DNA of 64,000 bases from Daphnia carinata. Lineage: Eukaryota. The translations under genes were made by a program, and so were the position numbers. Below, piece by piece: positions 24,501-37,394 of this stretch (within the stretch, counting starts at the first letter, position 1; the number at the start of each line of letters is the position of its first letter). The stretch is from contig NC_081331.1 in NCBI RefSeq assembly GCF_022539665.2, positions 9,548,001 through 9,612,000 on the forward strand, given 5' to 3'. The notes beneath the pieces are model-generated. The model was not told the DNA's origin, ran no database searches, and saw only the letters and a program-made list of their open reading frames with translations.

Positions 24501-27500
24501 ACTTTGTTGGATAGTCTCACATCAGCTCCGACCAAGACAAATCCTGCCCAGTTGGCTGGATGGGCAAAGTGTTTTGTGTGTTGGACCGTCTGCTGGGCCT
24601 CGGAAAGCGCCCGGCTGGCTCTAGCTCCCTAAAATCATCATTTAAAATTAATTCGAAATGTGAGATTGAAAATGGGCAAGCATTGATTATTTTTTTTTTT
24701 ACCTGCAAGAGAGAAGAGTAGAAAGTTCTCATGAAAATCTTGACGGCCGTGTCTGGGACGGGCCACAGAGAGACGAGGACTGATTGAGCTCCGGCAGCCA
24801 ACAAGGCGCGAGTTAAGCCGACGACACCGTCGGAATGGGCAACTCCGTGATGATCTCGAGTGTGAACTGAGCTGACGACGACAAGACGGGCACAGAGACG
24901 CAAATTGAGGATATCAGCAGCCGTCAGGAGGAATTCGGACAAGGCCGGCAAGTCCGCTGTGGCGGCCGAAGACGACGGAGCAACTCCCGAAGCCACCGAT
25001 TTGATGTCGTCGTCTTGTTGATGGAGAGACGGACGAGTACTTCCAGTCTGACTGGCTCCGTCGCCATCGCTAGCGGCCAGGCCGTCCATGGAAGGAGCCA
25101 AAACGATGGCCGAAAGTTTCCACGAGACGTGAGTAGCAAAGTGAATGCATTCGACTTGAGACAGGTGACGCAAAACGGCATCTTTGGTGGCGGCCGCTCC
25201 GGCCAGCAGCGAAGGCGTTTGCAACATTTCAGCGACGACAACAGCTTCTTGTTCGGCGTAAGGAATATCCGTCCAGCCCCATTGTTCCACAACTGATTGA
25301 CTCATTTTTGGGTTGCCAATAACCAGCGCTGATGTGGCCGGCTGCTGTTCCAGCGAATCGCCACCTACCATGCCGGAAGAGTAACTGGATAGCGAGACGG
25401 CCGTCAGCGGACCAGCCGAACGCGTTTGATGCATTTGCAGTAGTTTGTTATTGCGACTGGCGCTCTTTTGTCCAGTCCGCAATGATGTCAGAGACGGACT
25501 GACGATCAAACTGAACCGTTCGCACAGGTAATCATTGCTGCTCTGCGGTTTGAGGAGGGAGAACGGGACGAGGTAGAGGTCTCCGTCCAGCACTAGAACG
25601 AGTTCTCGTGATGTAGAGCTGGCCGAAAGTGGTGATTGCCCGTATTGCGTCAAACGGTCCTCGACGGGCGCCAAGAGCAGATCGTAAAGCGAACGAAGAC
25701 AGGCCGGTCCTTGCCAGATGCTACGACGCGAATGGCGTAAGCTGCCCGGTCTCGAGACGGACGACAGCTGGCTGGCCGACTGTCCGCTGTTGATTGATAC
25801 ACTTCCCAGGCTGAACAGGCTGGACAGACTGTAGTTGCTGCTGTTGAACGCGTGAGAACGGTTGACCATCCGCAAGAAACCGGATCGATCTCCTTCCTGA
25901 TTCATTTTATCGCCGAGTTCGCCTAAATGTTGGGACCAAAGGTCTTCCAGGTCGCCGTTGTCTTCGCGCCCGTTGCCGCCGCCACTCGATTGCCATTCGA
26001 CTCCGAGAGCTTCCCGAATTCCCTGGATGTACTGGTCCAGTAAAGATCCTTCCCCTTTGGCTGATTCCATTTCGTTCTCTTGGCCAGCATTGCCGGAATC
26101 GGAAGCATCAGCTCTCGTTCCATTGACTCCTTCCGGATTGATGGCTGCTTGATGGAATGCTACGACACCTTTAGTGGGCACAATCAACCAGCAGTAGAGA
26201 TAGCCGGCCGCCAAGCTGTAGTAGAGGACGGACGCTTTTTGTTTGTTGACAATCTCCATGATTTGCTCGACGCTAGTTGGTAACGAGTCGTCGAAAAGGG
26301 CAACTCTTCCATGACTACCGCGGGTTTCAGCGTCACTTGTGGCTGCTCCTTGGCGTTCCAGCAGCAGATCGACAAAAGCTCGGGTCCGTCCGCGTTCCGC
26401 CACTAAAAGAGCTTCACTGGATCGTCCCAAATCGACCAAAACTCGTTGGAGGACTTGGTAGCAGGCCGTCTGGAGGTCGAAGAGTGATAGACGGTAATCG
26501 GCACTGCCTCTGGCTTCCCGCCGGACGGCTTCTAGGAGTCCAGCAGCCCGTTCCATGTGCACTTGAGTCCCTTCCAAATCGCCCGAGCCCCAAAGAGCAA
26601 GTCCGAGTCGGTGTCGGATGCGGGCCTCTTCTTCGCGGAGGCTCAGAGCCTCCGAGATTTGGAGGCCTTGCTGGAGATAAGCGACGGCCTGACTGGGATT
26701 GCCCAGGGCGTGGTGTAACCGGCCCAAACTGGCGAAAGCTTTCGTCTTGGCTACTTTGTCGTTGATTTGCGCCGCCATGCTCAAATGCTGTTCCTGGCAA
26801 TGGACGGCCTCGTCAAGCCGGCCGAGCGCCTCCTGAGTGGCTCCGAGATTGCCGTAAGCCCGGCACTGGCCACCGGACGAGCCCGTTTCTTCGGCTAATC
26901 GAAGATCGAGTTGGTGGTACTGGAGCGCTTTGGTATGTTCGCCCATTTGCTGGTAGACGCAGCCGAGTCCGCTGGCCGCTTCGGCTTCGACTTGGCGGTC
27001 GTTGAGTTTTCGAGCGATGGAAATTTGATGTTCCAGGCACGAAACGGCCTGTTCGAAATTGCCCAGCACGCTGTGAAGCTGGCCGAGCTCTCCGTACGCC
27101 TGGGCTTTGGCCGCCGTGTTGCCCAGCTCGTGGGCCACGACCAGCCGCTTCTCGAAACAAACGAGCGCCTGTTGGAGGTTGCCCAGGCATCGATGCGACT
27201 GGCCCAGTCCGCGGTAAGCGTGCTCCTGGTCTCGGAGACTCTTGGTCTTGAGAGCGACGGCCAGACACTGTTCGTGGCACTTGATGGCTTCGTCATAATC
27301 ACCGAGAGCGTCGTAGCAGTCACCTAAATTGCCGAACGCTCTTCCCTTGTCCAGCATGGCGGTGGCCGTCGACAATTGAGCTAACGTCGCCAGCTGTTGT
27401 TCGAAATAGCCGATGGCTTCCTCGTAGTGTCCCATGTTCAACCGGGCGATTCCCAAATTGCCTGTTTTAAAAAAAAAAGAACCGGTCCAAACAAAAAATT

Positions 27501-27528
27501 TGAGTACTGGAATTGTTTTTGGAACAAA

Positions 27529-27562
<34 letters not shown>

Positions 27563-30307
27563 AATGAAAGGGAAGGGAAGGGAAGGGAAAAGAAGCGATT
27601 TGTACCGTGAGCTTGTGCTTCCATCGTCGAGTCCCTAAGCTCTTTGGCGCGGTCCAGCTGTTCCTCGTAGCACTTGATGGCATGCGTGTAGTTGCCCAGT
27701 GCCATGTGGACGCTTGCCAAGTGGCCGTGAGCTCGACATTCTCCGCGGACATCGCCCGTCTCTTGTCTCAGTGTCAACTCTTGCGTGTAACAACCCAGGG
27801 CCTTATCTTGATAGCCCATATGCCGATGGGCGACGGCCAGAGCCGCGTACGACGACGCTTCCATGTTCTTCTCGCGCATCTGCTTGGCCAGCTGCAATTG
27901 TTTCTGGTAAATGTTGACGGCCTCTTCCGCCTGGTTCATCTTGAGCATCAGGTCGCCAATGTTGCCCAGGGCTCTGAATTTGCCGACAGCGTGCTTGGTG
28001 ATGTGCGTTATGGTGAGGAAGTACCTCTGGCATTCCAGGGCCGTCTCCATGTTGCCCAGGGCCAAATGGGAGAGACCCAGGTTGCAGTAGGCCCGGCCCA
28101 TGTTCATCTTGTCCTGCAAGTCTTTGGCCAGGGCCAGATCCTGGTCGTAGTATCTTATGGCCTCTTTGAAGTTGCCCAGGCAGTAGTGAGCGTAGCCGAG
28201 GAAATGACAGGCTTTGGCCTCTCCTTCAACGTCCTGCAGCTCCTGGGAGAGCATCAAGTACTGTTCGTAAAAGGTCACGGCCGCCCCGAATTCCGCCCGC
28301 GAGCTGTGGCAGTTGCCCAAGTTGAGGAGAGCGCAGGCCTCGCCGGCCGTGTCTTTCAGCTCGCGGGCAATGTTCAAATGGCTGTGGTAGTGCAGGATGG
28401 CCATGTCGTGCATGTGAAGCGCCTGGTAAGCGACGGCCAGGTTCCCGTGAGTCGACGCCTCCGAGCTCCTGTCGTTCACCTCTTTGGATATCGTCAGCTC
28501 TTGTTTGTGGTATTTAATGGCCTGCTCGTAGTAACCCATGGCGCTGTACGCGTTGCCGATGTTGCCGTAAGCCCTGCCCATGCCGGCCCTGTCCTGCAAC
28601 ACCCGGGCAATGTTCAGATGGGCTTGGTGCAGCTTCAGGGCCGCGTCGTGATCGCCCAGGAGCTGGTAGACGATGCCCAGGTTGGAACAGGCTCTGCCTT
28701 CCGCCACTTTATCTCGGGTGGCCAGGGCCATGTCCAGCTGTCGTTCGTGCCACCTTTTGGCTTGCCCGTAGTCCGACATGCACCGGGCGGCGTGACCCAG
28801 GCCGGCGTAAGCTCTGGCTTCGATGTTCCTGTCGTTGAGCTCCTGGGCGATGTGGAGCACGTGATTGTGGAAGGTGATGGCCCGCTCGAAATTCCGCCGG
28901 AAATGGTGCGACGAGCCCAGGTTGGAGTAGGCCCGGGCTTCTTCCACCCGGTTGCCCAGCTGTTTGGCTATCCTCAAGTGTTCCATGTGACACTCGACGG
29001 CCGCTTCGAAATCGCCCATCGCCAGGTAGACGGCTCCAACGTTGCCAACTTCACGGGCTTCCGGCAACCTCTCGCCCAGTTGCTTCACCAATTGCAAGCA
29101 CTGTTTATGACTGGCCAGCGCGTTCGGATAGTCCCCAATGGCCGTGTAAACGTGACCTATTGAAGTAAATACAAAACGAAATGGCTCGTTAGTCGTTAAT
29201 TTTTTTTTTTTTTTTGTGGCACGTCCGCCATTATGAATGGCCATGCTGTTCTAATTGAAGGGGCGTGAAACTTGATTAGATTTTTTGTTGTTTTTTTTTT
29301 TGTTTTGTTTTTTACCGAGACTAGTCAAGGCCAATGCGGCCGCTTGGTTATCTTTGCACTTCATGGCCAGCACGAGCTGGTAGCGATGCGACGTCAACGC
29401 CTCTTTGAAATTGCCTTTGCTGAAATAGGCCGATCCGAGGTTGCCGTGGGCACGACATTCTCCCACCGTATCGCCCAGCGATTTGGCAACGGACAGATCC
29501 TGTTGCATGTAGCTGATGGCCTGCAAAAAATGATGGCGGGGTTATGTGATTGGTTTTTTTTTTTTTTTTTTTTTTTTTTTGTTTTTTAGTTTTTTAATTA
29601 TTATTAGATGGATAGGGGATATGGTTTTTTACCTGGTCGAGCATGGAGAGCGCCCAGTAGGCGGAAGACAGGGCCGAGAAGACGGATCCGCGCAACTTGA
29701 GGGAGCAAGTTCCGATCCTTAGAGCGGCTTCCAGGACGACGACGGCCGCCTTGTAATGACCGGCGGCCAGTAGCTCCTGGCCAATGACCGAAATGACGAC
29801 GAAAGGTGACTTGTCCAGGCGCATGGCCTGCAGTTGCCTGTAGGTCGGTTCCAAGGTGGACCGCAACGGCGATTTCATGGCCGCCTCCACCAAACCGGCT
29901 AGTAGCTGCAGGGATTTCGGATCCTGGGCAAGACCCGAGCTGAAGGCCGCCAAAGCATCTGAATGCCGTCCGAGACATTGCAGCGCCACTCCTTGCCGGT
30001 AATAACCCTAATTTTTTTTGTTTTTTGTTTGTTTGTTTTTTTTCAAAAAGAAAAACCATTGAAACATTTTGAATATGGAAATTTTCAAATTAAAAAAAAA
30101 AAATGAGTTACGGTAGTAGCTTACTGGGACCATCAGCAAAAAACAACAGGGAAATTACATAATATACATATTTTTTTTTTTTTTTTTTTTTTTTTTAATG
30201 AGCCGGAAAGATGTTGGAACAAAGTACGATAAGAACGACAAAAGGTTATAATAACGTGCTGGCCGCCATTCGTTGACGACACTTTAACATCCATATAAGC
30301 AAAGAGG

Positions 30308-30347
<40 letters not shown>

Positions 30348-31094
30348 GAGGTTAAGTAGACAAGAAGTGAGGGACAAATGATCTCACGAAAAGGAAAAGG
30401 AAACAAGAAAAACAAAAAAAAAAGAGAGGGAAATAATTTTTAATGGAAGCGGGTTTGGACGGGGCGTAATCAGTCAGAGCTCCATGGTCAACATCACTCG
30501 GCAATTAGACGAATGACGGCCAAGATTGACGTTCTTTTTTTTTTTTTACCCACCACACAGAACCTTGAAAATGCAAAATTAGAAAAGAAAAAAAAAAAAA
30601 AACGCGCTAAATTGTGCGTTTTTTTTTTTTCCTCAAAGCGGGAGGAAGTCATTTTTTTGTGTGTGTGTGTTACTAACCAGTTCATCTTTGATGACTGGAG
30701 CCGCTAATAGATCCGGGAACGTTTATTTACTTGCCCTTTTTTTTTTTTTTTTTTTAGTTTAAATGGATGTCTGCGTGGCTCTTTGTTGTGTCTGTGTGTC
30801 ATTGTGTGTGTATGTGTGTGTGTGTTACGAATTACAATTTATTTACTCTTTGCTTTGCTTGTAGTTTGGCTTGGGAAAAAAAAAAAAAATAAATAAATAA
30901 ATTTGCAATCAGCCGCCCAAAAGAGCTGCGGGCAGGAAAAACAACGTTCCGAAGAGAAACGCCGCTATCGAAAATGCAAATGCAGTGGCACGTCACAAAA
31001 GACGCGGGCTCTTTTCTTTTTTCCCGAAAGCACAAACAGAAAGTTTCACCAAAAAAAAAAAAAAAAAAAATCTACACACATTGAAGATTCAAAG

Positions 31095-31132
<38 letters not shown>

Positions 31133-31162
31133 AAGGATTTAGAGGGGGAAAAAAAAGGGTGC

Positions 31163-31225
<63 letters not shown>

Positions 31226-31654
31226 CGCCCGGTGAGCAGCGCTCCGCTCTTAATCGGACCGCCCGCCGCGATCGGCTCACACACATACACACACGGAGCA
31301 GGGGGAGGGGGGGATACAACATGGAAAAAAAAAAAATCATGTAGAAGAACAAAGAATTCTGTCTAAAAAAAAAAAAAAAAAAGAGTGTTTTTTTTTTTTT
31401 TTTGGCCTCGTCGGTTTTTTATCCAAATATAGTGATCGCCTATAATGTAATGATTGAAATTGAAAAAGAAAGAGAGAGAGAGAGAGAGAGAGGCCCGTAC
31501 ACAAGATGAATAGTTATTGATTCAAACAGCCGCGTGCGGCGATAGATTTCACACACGCTGGCATTCCGACAAGACACGACACCCCACCTGCGTTTGTTTC
31601 GGTCTATTAGCCATTAAGGCAATGAGCTACGGTTTGAATATACATCAATGACGT

Positions 31655-31689
<35 letters not shown>

Positions 31690-34600
31690 AGGTGTTTTTT
31701 TTTTTTGGGGGGGGGGGAGAGAGTGGGGGGGGGGAGTGATCGTGAGACGGTTGGGGAAAAAATCAAATCAAATCAATATGAAATCGACTTACTTTTGGCC
31801 ATTTGGCGTTGAGTTCGACGGCTCTGGACGCGTCCTGCAGGGCCCGGGCAAAGTGTCCGAGTTTGACGAGAGCGGCCGACCGGTTGGAGAAGAGGATGTG
31901 ATTGCAGGGATCGAGGGCGATGGCTTCGCCGTAGAGGCCGACGGCCGTCTCGAAATCCCCATTCTGACAGGCCTGGTTCGACTGGCGCACCTTGTCCAGG
32001 AAGCTGGCTTTACTGGCGGCAGACAGCTCAGAGTCGGCATCCACCTCCACCTATTTTTTTTTTTTTTTTTTTTTTTGTATGTTGTGAATAGCAATCAAAT
32101 TTCAATGTTAGAACAGCATATTATTTTCAAAAAGAAAAAGAATAGAGCCAACAGTTGTGCTATGATTGCGTGGCGGGAATTCCAATAACATGTACACGTC
32201 TTATACGAAGAAGAAGAAGAAAATGAATATCCAGCAAATAGAAAGAGAGAGATAATAATGCAGCGAGTCAAGATAGCGGCAGCTCAGGACTTAACACACC
32301 CCTTCCATGTCATTCTTTTCCTTCTTGACTTGTTTTTTTTTTTTTTTTTTTTTTTTTCTTTTTTTTTCTTTTGTTTCTTTCACCTCGTAACCCGACGAGA
32401 AATGATTTCAAACTGATCGCTCGGGAAACAGAAATCCCCCCCCCCCCACTGAAACTGACATCAACGATGAGAGAGAAAGAGAGAGAGAGAGAGAGAATCC
32501 AATGATTCTTCCCATCGGCATCGATTCAATCATGCAAATGTATGCAGTTTCACACACACACACACACACACACGAAGAAGAAGGAGGAGGAGGAGGAGAA
32601 TTCAGAAAATACATTTTTGAGCGAAAGTTTTTTTTTTCTTTTTGTTGTTTTGGTGTGGGGTTTCCTATTTGAATTCACAAACGATGTTGCCACGTATTCC
32701 ATTTCGATGCATCCCAAACACACAGAACAAAAAAGAGAGATCTTTCGTTTTTAAATCAGCCAGACTTGCTGACTCTGTTTTAAAAGAAATCACAAGAAAA
32801 AGATGTTTTTTTTTTTCAAAGAGAGAGGAGGGGGGGGGAGAGAAGAGAGAACTTTACGGGAGAGAGTTCTATATTTTACATAGATAATGATGTCATTCAT
32901 CATGTTGAAAACGAGAGAGAGCGCGCGAGTTAACACTCACGTAAAAGTGAGTTTTCAAAAAAAAAAAAAAAAATAAAATAAAATAAAATAAAATAAATAA
33001 TAAATAAAGCCTCAAAAATGTTGAAGAAAAAAAAATATCAGAGACCGGTTCGATAGGACAGGGAAGAAATAATAAAAAAAAATAGGAAAAATAAGATTTC
33101 CGTGAAAGACAACACAAGGACGAACACGGTTTTCAAGTCTGAGATTAAGGCACGAAAAAAAAAACAAAAGGACAACAGTGGGGAATTTTTAAAATAAAAA
33201 GATAAAATGAAAATGAGAAAGGAAAAAAAAAAAAAAAAAAAAAAAAGGGCCATGTGTGATCCGTTGCGATAGGATGTCAATTAATCAATCGGTTCGAGCA
33301 TTTCTTAAGGGGGAGAGGCTTCTCCTCGTCTACGGCCAGACACGTCAACACACACTCGCTATAAGCTTTTGAAAAGCGTGTGGTCAAAGAGTACGCTTTC
33401 CTCTATGGCAACGTTGGAACAACTTCCAGTGTTTCGTTTCGGGGTGGGAACTATAGGAATAAAACTGATAGGAAAAGGTCATTAAAAAAAAAACAAAAAA
33501 CAATGAAAAGAGATTCAAACGAAGGAACAGCAAAATAGCCCCAACGAGGAACTACTTTGCGCCAAGTCCTCAATGGTTATAAAGTGTATCCCTGCGTCAC
33601 AAACTCTTTCATGTTCTTTCTCGATTTTCATCAGCAGCCCCAGCAGCGAAATAAATTCCAAAGCCAAAAAATCGAGTCAAACATCTTCTGAAGTCTTTAA
33701 AAAAAAAAAAAAAAGAAAAAAACCCGTAATTAGAGTGTGTTACAAGCGCCGCTCGCTGCGCCAACTCAAATCACCTTCATCAGCCGTGTGTGTGCTGCTG
33801 AATACATCAATGAATGGAGTTTTTTTTTTTTTTTTTTTCTATGCAACAAAGTCCGCATTTCTGGCTGAACAACAAATGGCTGCCTATGTGTTTTTTTTTT
33901 TTGTTTTTTGTTTTTTTCGTTACACTCGTACCATTTGAAAAGGCCCGCTGTTTGCAAACGTTCGGGACTACTAGGGATATGTAGCTCTTCTTTGCATATG
34001 CATTTTCACGTGACGCAATACGTCAGATGGCGGGGAGCAAAGGGTTCATGAGAGAGAGAGACTCTTTAAAACGCGGACACGCATTCCAGCATTGGACTTT
34101 GATGCCGTTTGACACCACGAATTCAACTATCTTCGTTTATTGTTCTTCTTTTTTTATCAATTTCGTTTTACTCTTTGCCTATATATAGATGGGAATGGGG
34201 GGGGGGAGAGAGATCTGTCGTCGTCATTTGCCTGGGTCTGGGTGTTTTCTCTTTGATAAACTCAGACAGAGTCCTACTCATTCCGTCTATTTTTCATTGA
34301 GAGAAAAACAAAAAAAAAAAAAACAAGCGCTTCGTGTTTCGGACCCCTCTCGGGCCGATCAAACAGATACGCAAGAGTGTGTGTGTGTGTGGGTATTAGA
34401 GATACGAACGCACTCTGTTGTTGCAGGTGAAAAAAAAAAAAAGAAAGAAAGAAAAGGTCTGACAATAGATACAGAAATAGAATTGAAAATGAAGAGGGAT
34501 ATCATAATAAAAAAAAAAAAAAAAAAAGACAATTTAAAAACGATGCCCACATCAACTGGCTGTTGCCGTGTCTCGGGGTTCTTGTTGTCAGTAATGACCC

Positions 34601-35134
34601 GTCGTCGAGCTAATAATAGAGCAGGGCCAGCTAAACAATTGCAGCCATCAAAGCTTGCGGGCCAGCAAACAACAGTCACCAGCGGGAAAACAAAAAAAAA
34701 AAATAATAATAATAATAAAAATGATTCAAATCCAAAAACTTAACGCACACAAGTTTGCCTCTTTTATTTTTTTCCTTGTTTTTTTTTTTGTTTTTGGGCC
34801 GAGGTCACGCGACCTTCTGCAATCGGCGGCGCGTAATTCAAATGACATTTCCCGTGTATGTACACCGTTCCCCTTCCGGCAAACAAACATTGATTCTTCC
34901 GTTCCTTATTTAATTTTTTTTTTTTTTCTTTACCTTTGAGAAGAAGAAGAAGAAGAAAAAAAAAAAAAAAAGGCAACAGGTAGAGTGAATAACACATTCC
35001 ATTCGAGACTAACGCCGCCTAGGCGGATGAGCAGGTTGCGTGCGTTCTTACGTCTAGAATTCCTTCTTTTTCTTTTCTTGTGCACAGCCCAAGAGGAAAT
35101 AATCATCGCTAGGGAAAGAGGGAGAGAGACAGGG

Positions 35135-35165
<31 letters not shown>

Positions 35166-37358
35166 AAAATACACAACAAACAGAGAGGGGGGGGGGCATC
35201 GAGACTCACGGTGTGTGTACGTATATTCAATGTTTTATAGGTAGCGAAAGAAGACGCGAAGATAATAGAGCCACCAGCAGCACCACACAAGACGAAGGGA
35301 AATGGAGAAGTGGGAGGGTCGAGCCGGGGTCAGACAACATCGACGACGGCGACGGCGACAACCAGCGGGTCTCGAGACAGAAAGAATTAGAGAAATAAGC
35401 GGGTCGTGAGAATGGAACAAAAAAAAAAAAAAAAAAAAAAAATTTAAGGAATTTCTTTTTGAACATTTTGTTATTCACATAGACGCACATTGACTGACAC
35501 AAGTCACTCAAGTCACACCGGATTTTCAGACGCAATTTTTTTTTTTTTTTTCAAGAGAACGGACGAAAAGAAACAACAGTTTTTTTTTTTTTTTTTTTTT
35601 GCTTGATGCTGGAACGCCGCTTTTCCTTTCGGCAGAAATGAGTTGGGAAAAAAAACAAATAAATGGACATCTTTTCTGATAATAAAATTCTTTGTTTGTT
35701 AACCAGCTTTTTCTTTTTTTCAAGTCGGGACGATCGAATGCTGTTTCCCAAACGTAAGAGAGTACTTCCATTTTGTTTTTTAAGCAGGAGAGGGCAGCCG
35801 TCTGCCATCCTGGGCATAGACACCTAATTACAGGTGAAGAAATAGGAGACGGATAAGGAAAAACAAAAAAAAAAAAAAGAAAAGGTACGTAGAGGGAGGA
35901 AAAAAGCCGGTAGAAAATTTAAAAACAAGAGGACTTGCACTTGTCTATCATTTTGACGAAGGGGAAAAAAAAAATGGAGGGGTGGAATTATAGAGGGAGA
36001 ACAGACTCTTCTTTCCGTGTTATTTATTTGAGCTTTCTCTTTGAATTTTCTCGGCTCTTGTAATGCAGATAAGAAAGCCGATGTCGGCAGAATGCGACAA
36101 GCGACGTCGTTTTCATGGAGAAAAAAAAAGGGGGGGGGGGGGAGATCAAATATATAAAACAAAAAAGACGATCGCGCTGTGTGTGGTTGTCTAGAATATC
36201 GTCGGGTCTATATGGTTGGAATTATAGTAGCAACTGTGTCTGGTAAGTAGTAGCCTCATATTCATTCTACCTTTTTTCTCTTATGTTTGCCTTTTACCTC
36301 TTCAGGGGGGGGGGGGGATTGGTTTTGGTATATTTGAGGGTCCCCATTTTTTTTTTTTCTTGCAAAGGGGCCTATCAAAGTCGTCGGCGGCGGCGAGCAG
36401 GCAAAACGGTCATCCTGGAACGACAGGGAGAGGAGGGGGGGGGACACACCGTAAAGGCATAAAAAAAAAAAAAAAAAAAGAAAAACAACACGACAGTGAT
36501 AATCATTTTGGTTGGTGGTTGAAGCCTTCATTTCCCTCGTAGACCAAAGAAAGTACCCTTCTCCATTTTGTTTTTATTTCCCCCTCCCACCTCCCCCCTT
36601 CCTCAAACCCACCCTTTCTTGTATGGCCGCCGTCGTCGCCGTCGTCTTGTCGGTGTTTGTCGCTTTCTCACCTGCTCTTCAGAAAAAAAAAAAAAAAAAA
36701 AATGTCCCCCCCCCTTTTTAAAAACTAGGGAATGGCTACACCCCATCAATAAACACAAGGAAGAAGAAGAAGAAAAAATCTATGTCGGAACCATAACACG
36801 TATTTTTTTTTTTTTTAAAGTTCACAGGGTACAATGGTTCGTATTGGCGTAGATTTCTTTTGCGGCTCTGGACAAAAACAAAAACATAAAAAAAAAAAAA
36901 AAAAAATTTTTTTTTTTTTTTTCTTGTACGGTTGACACGCATATCAATGATGATTACAAATCGTAATGAAAAACAGTTTCTAAACGTTTATGCCCTCCTA
37001 TTTTTTTTTTTTTTTTTAGACACTTAAACAGATGTGTTTTTTTTTGTTGTTACCTTACAACAACAACAAACGGTGTGTCGTATACTGTTTTCTTTTTTTT
37101 TTTTTTTTTTTAAGACACTTGGCAAACACCACTCCAAGAAAGAAACGTGTTCGTTTTATTAGTTAAAAAAAAAATTATATTTCGTGTTAGTCGTTGGATA
37201 CGGCAGTTCCCCCCCCCCTTAAAAAAAAAAGGGTGAAAAAAAAAAAAAAGAAAGAAAGAAAGAACTAGCATAAAGAGAAATAAAAGTAGTATGAAAATGG
37301 CAGTCATAATTCCATCCACACGCTCGACCCATTAAGACGATTCGACAAGCCAAAAAGG

Positions 37359-37394
<36 letters not shown>

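Noticed and set aside
27607..29163. 518-aa plus-strand ORF
   Set aside because: Antisense shadow of the GC3-rich TTC28 TPR exon, with no recognisable motifs. The same applies to 49828-50772 opposite GCN1.
24517..29244. TPR-CHAT protein as a prokaryotic CRISPR-associated caspase (Craspase) or defence system
   Set aside because: The gene has spliceosomal introns and TTC28 signatures; no CRISPR array or cas genes are present.
24517..29244. The 1575-aa ORF as a single-exon CDS
   Set aside because: It reads through an in-frame 144-nt intron (27462-27605, poly-Phe stretch) and into flanking introns.
34764..34997. Alternative TTC28 first exon with a signal-like peptide
   Set aside because: Its hydrophobicity comes from a poly(T)/(CTT)n tract and the frame depends on homopolymer length.
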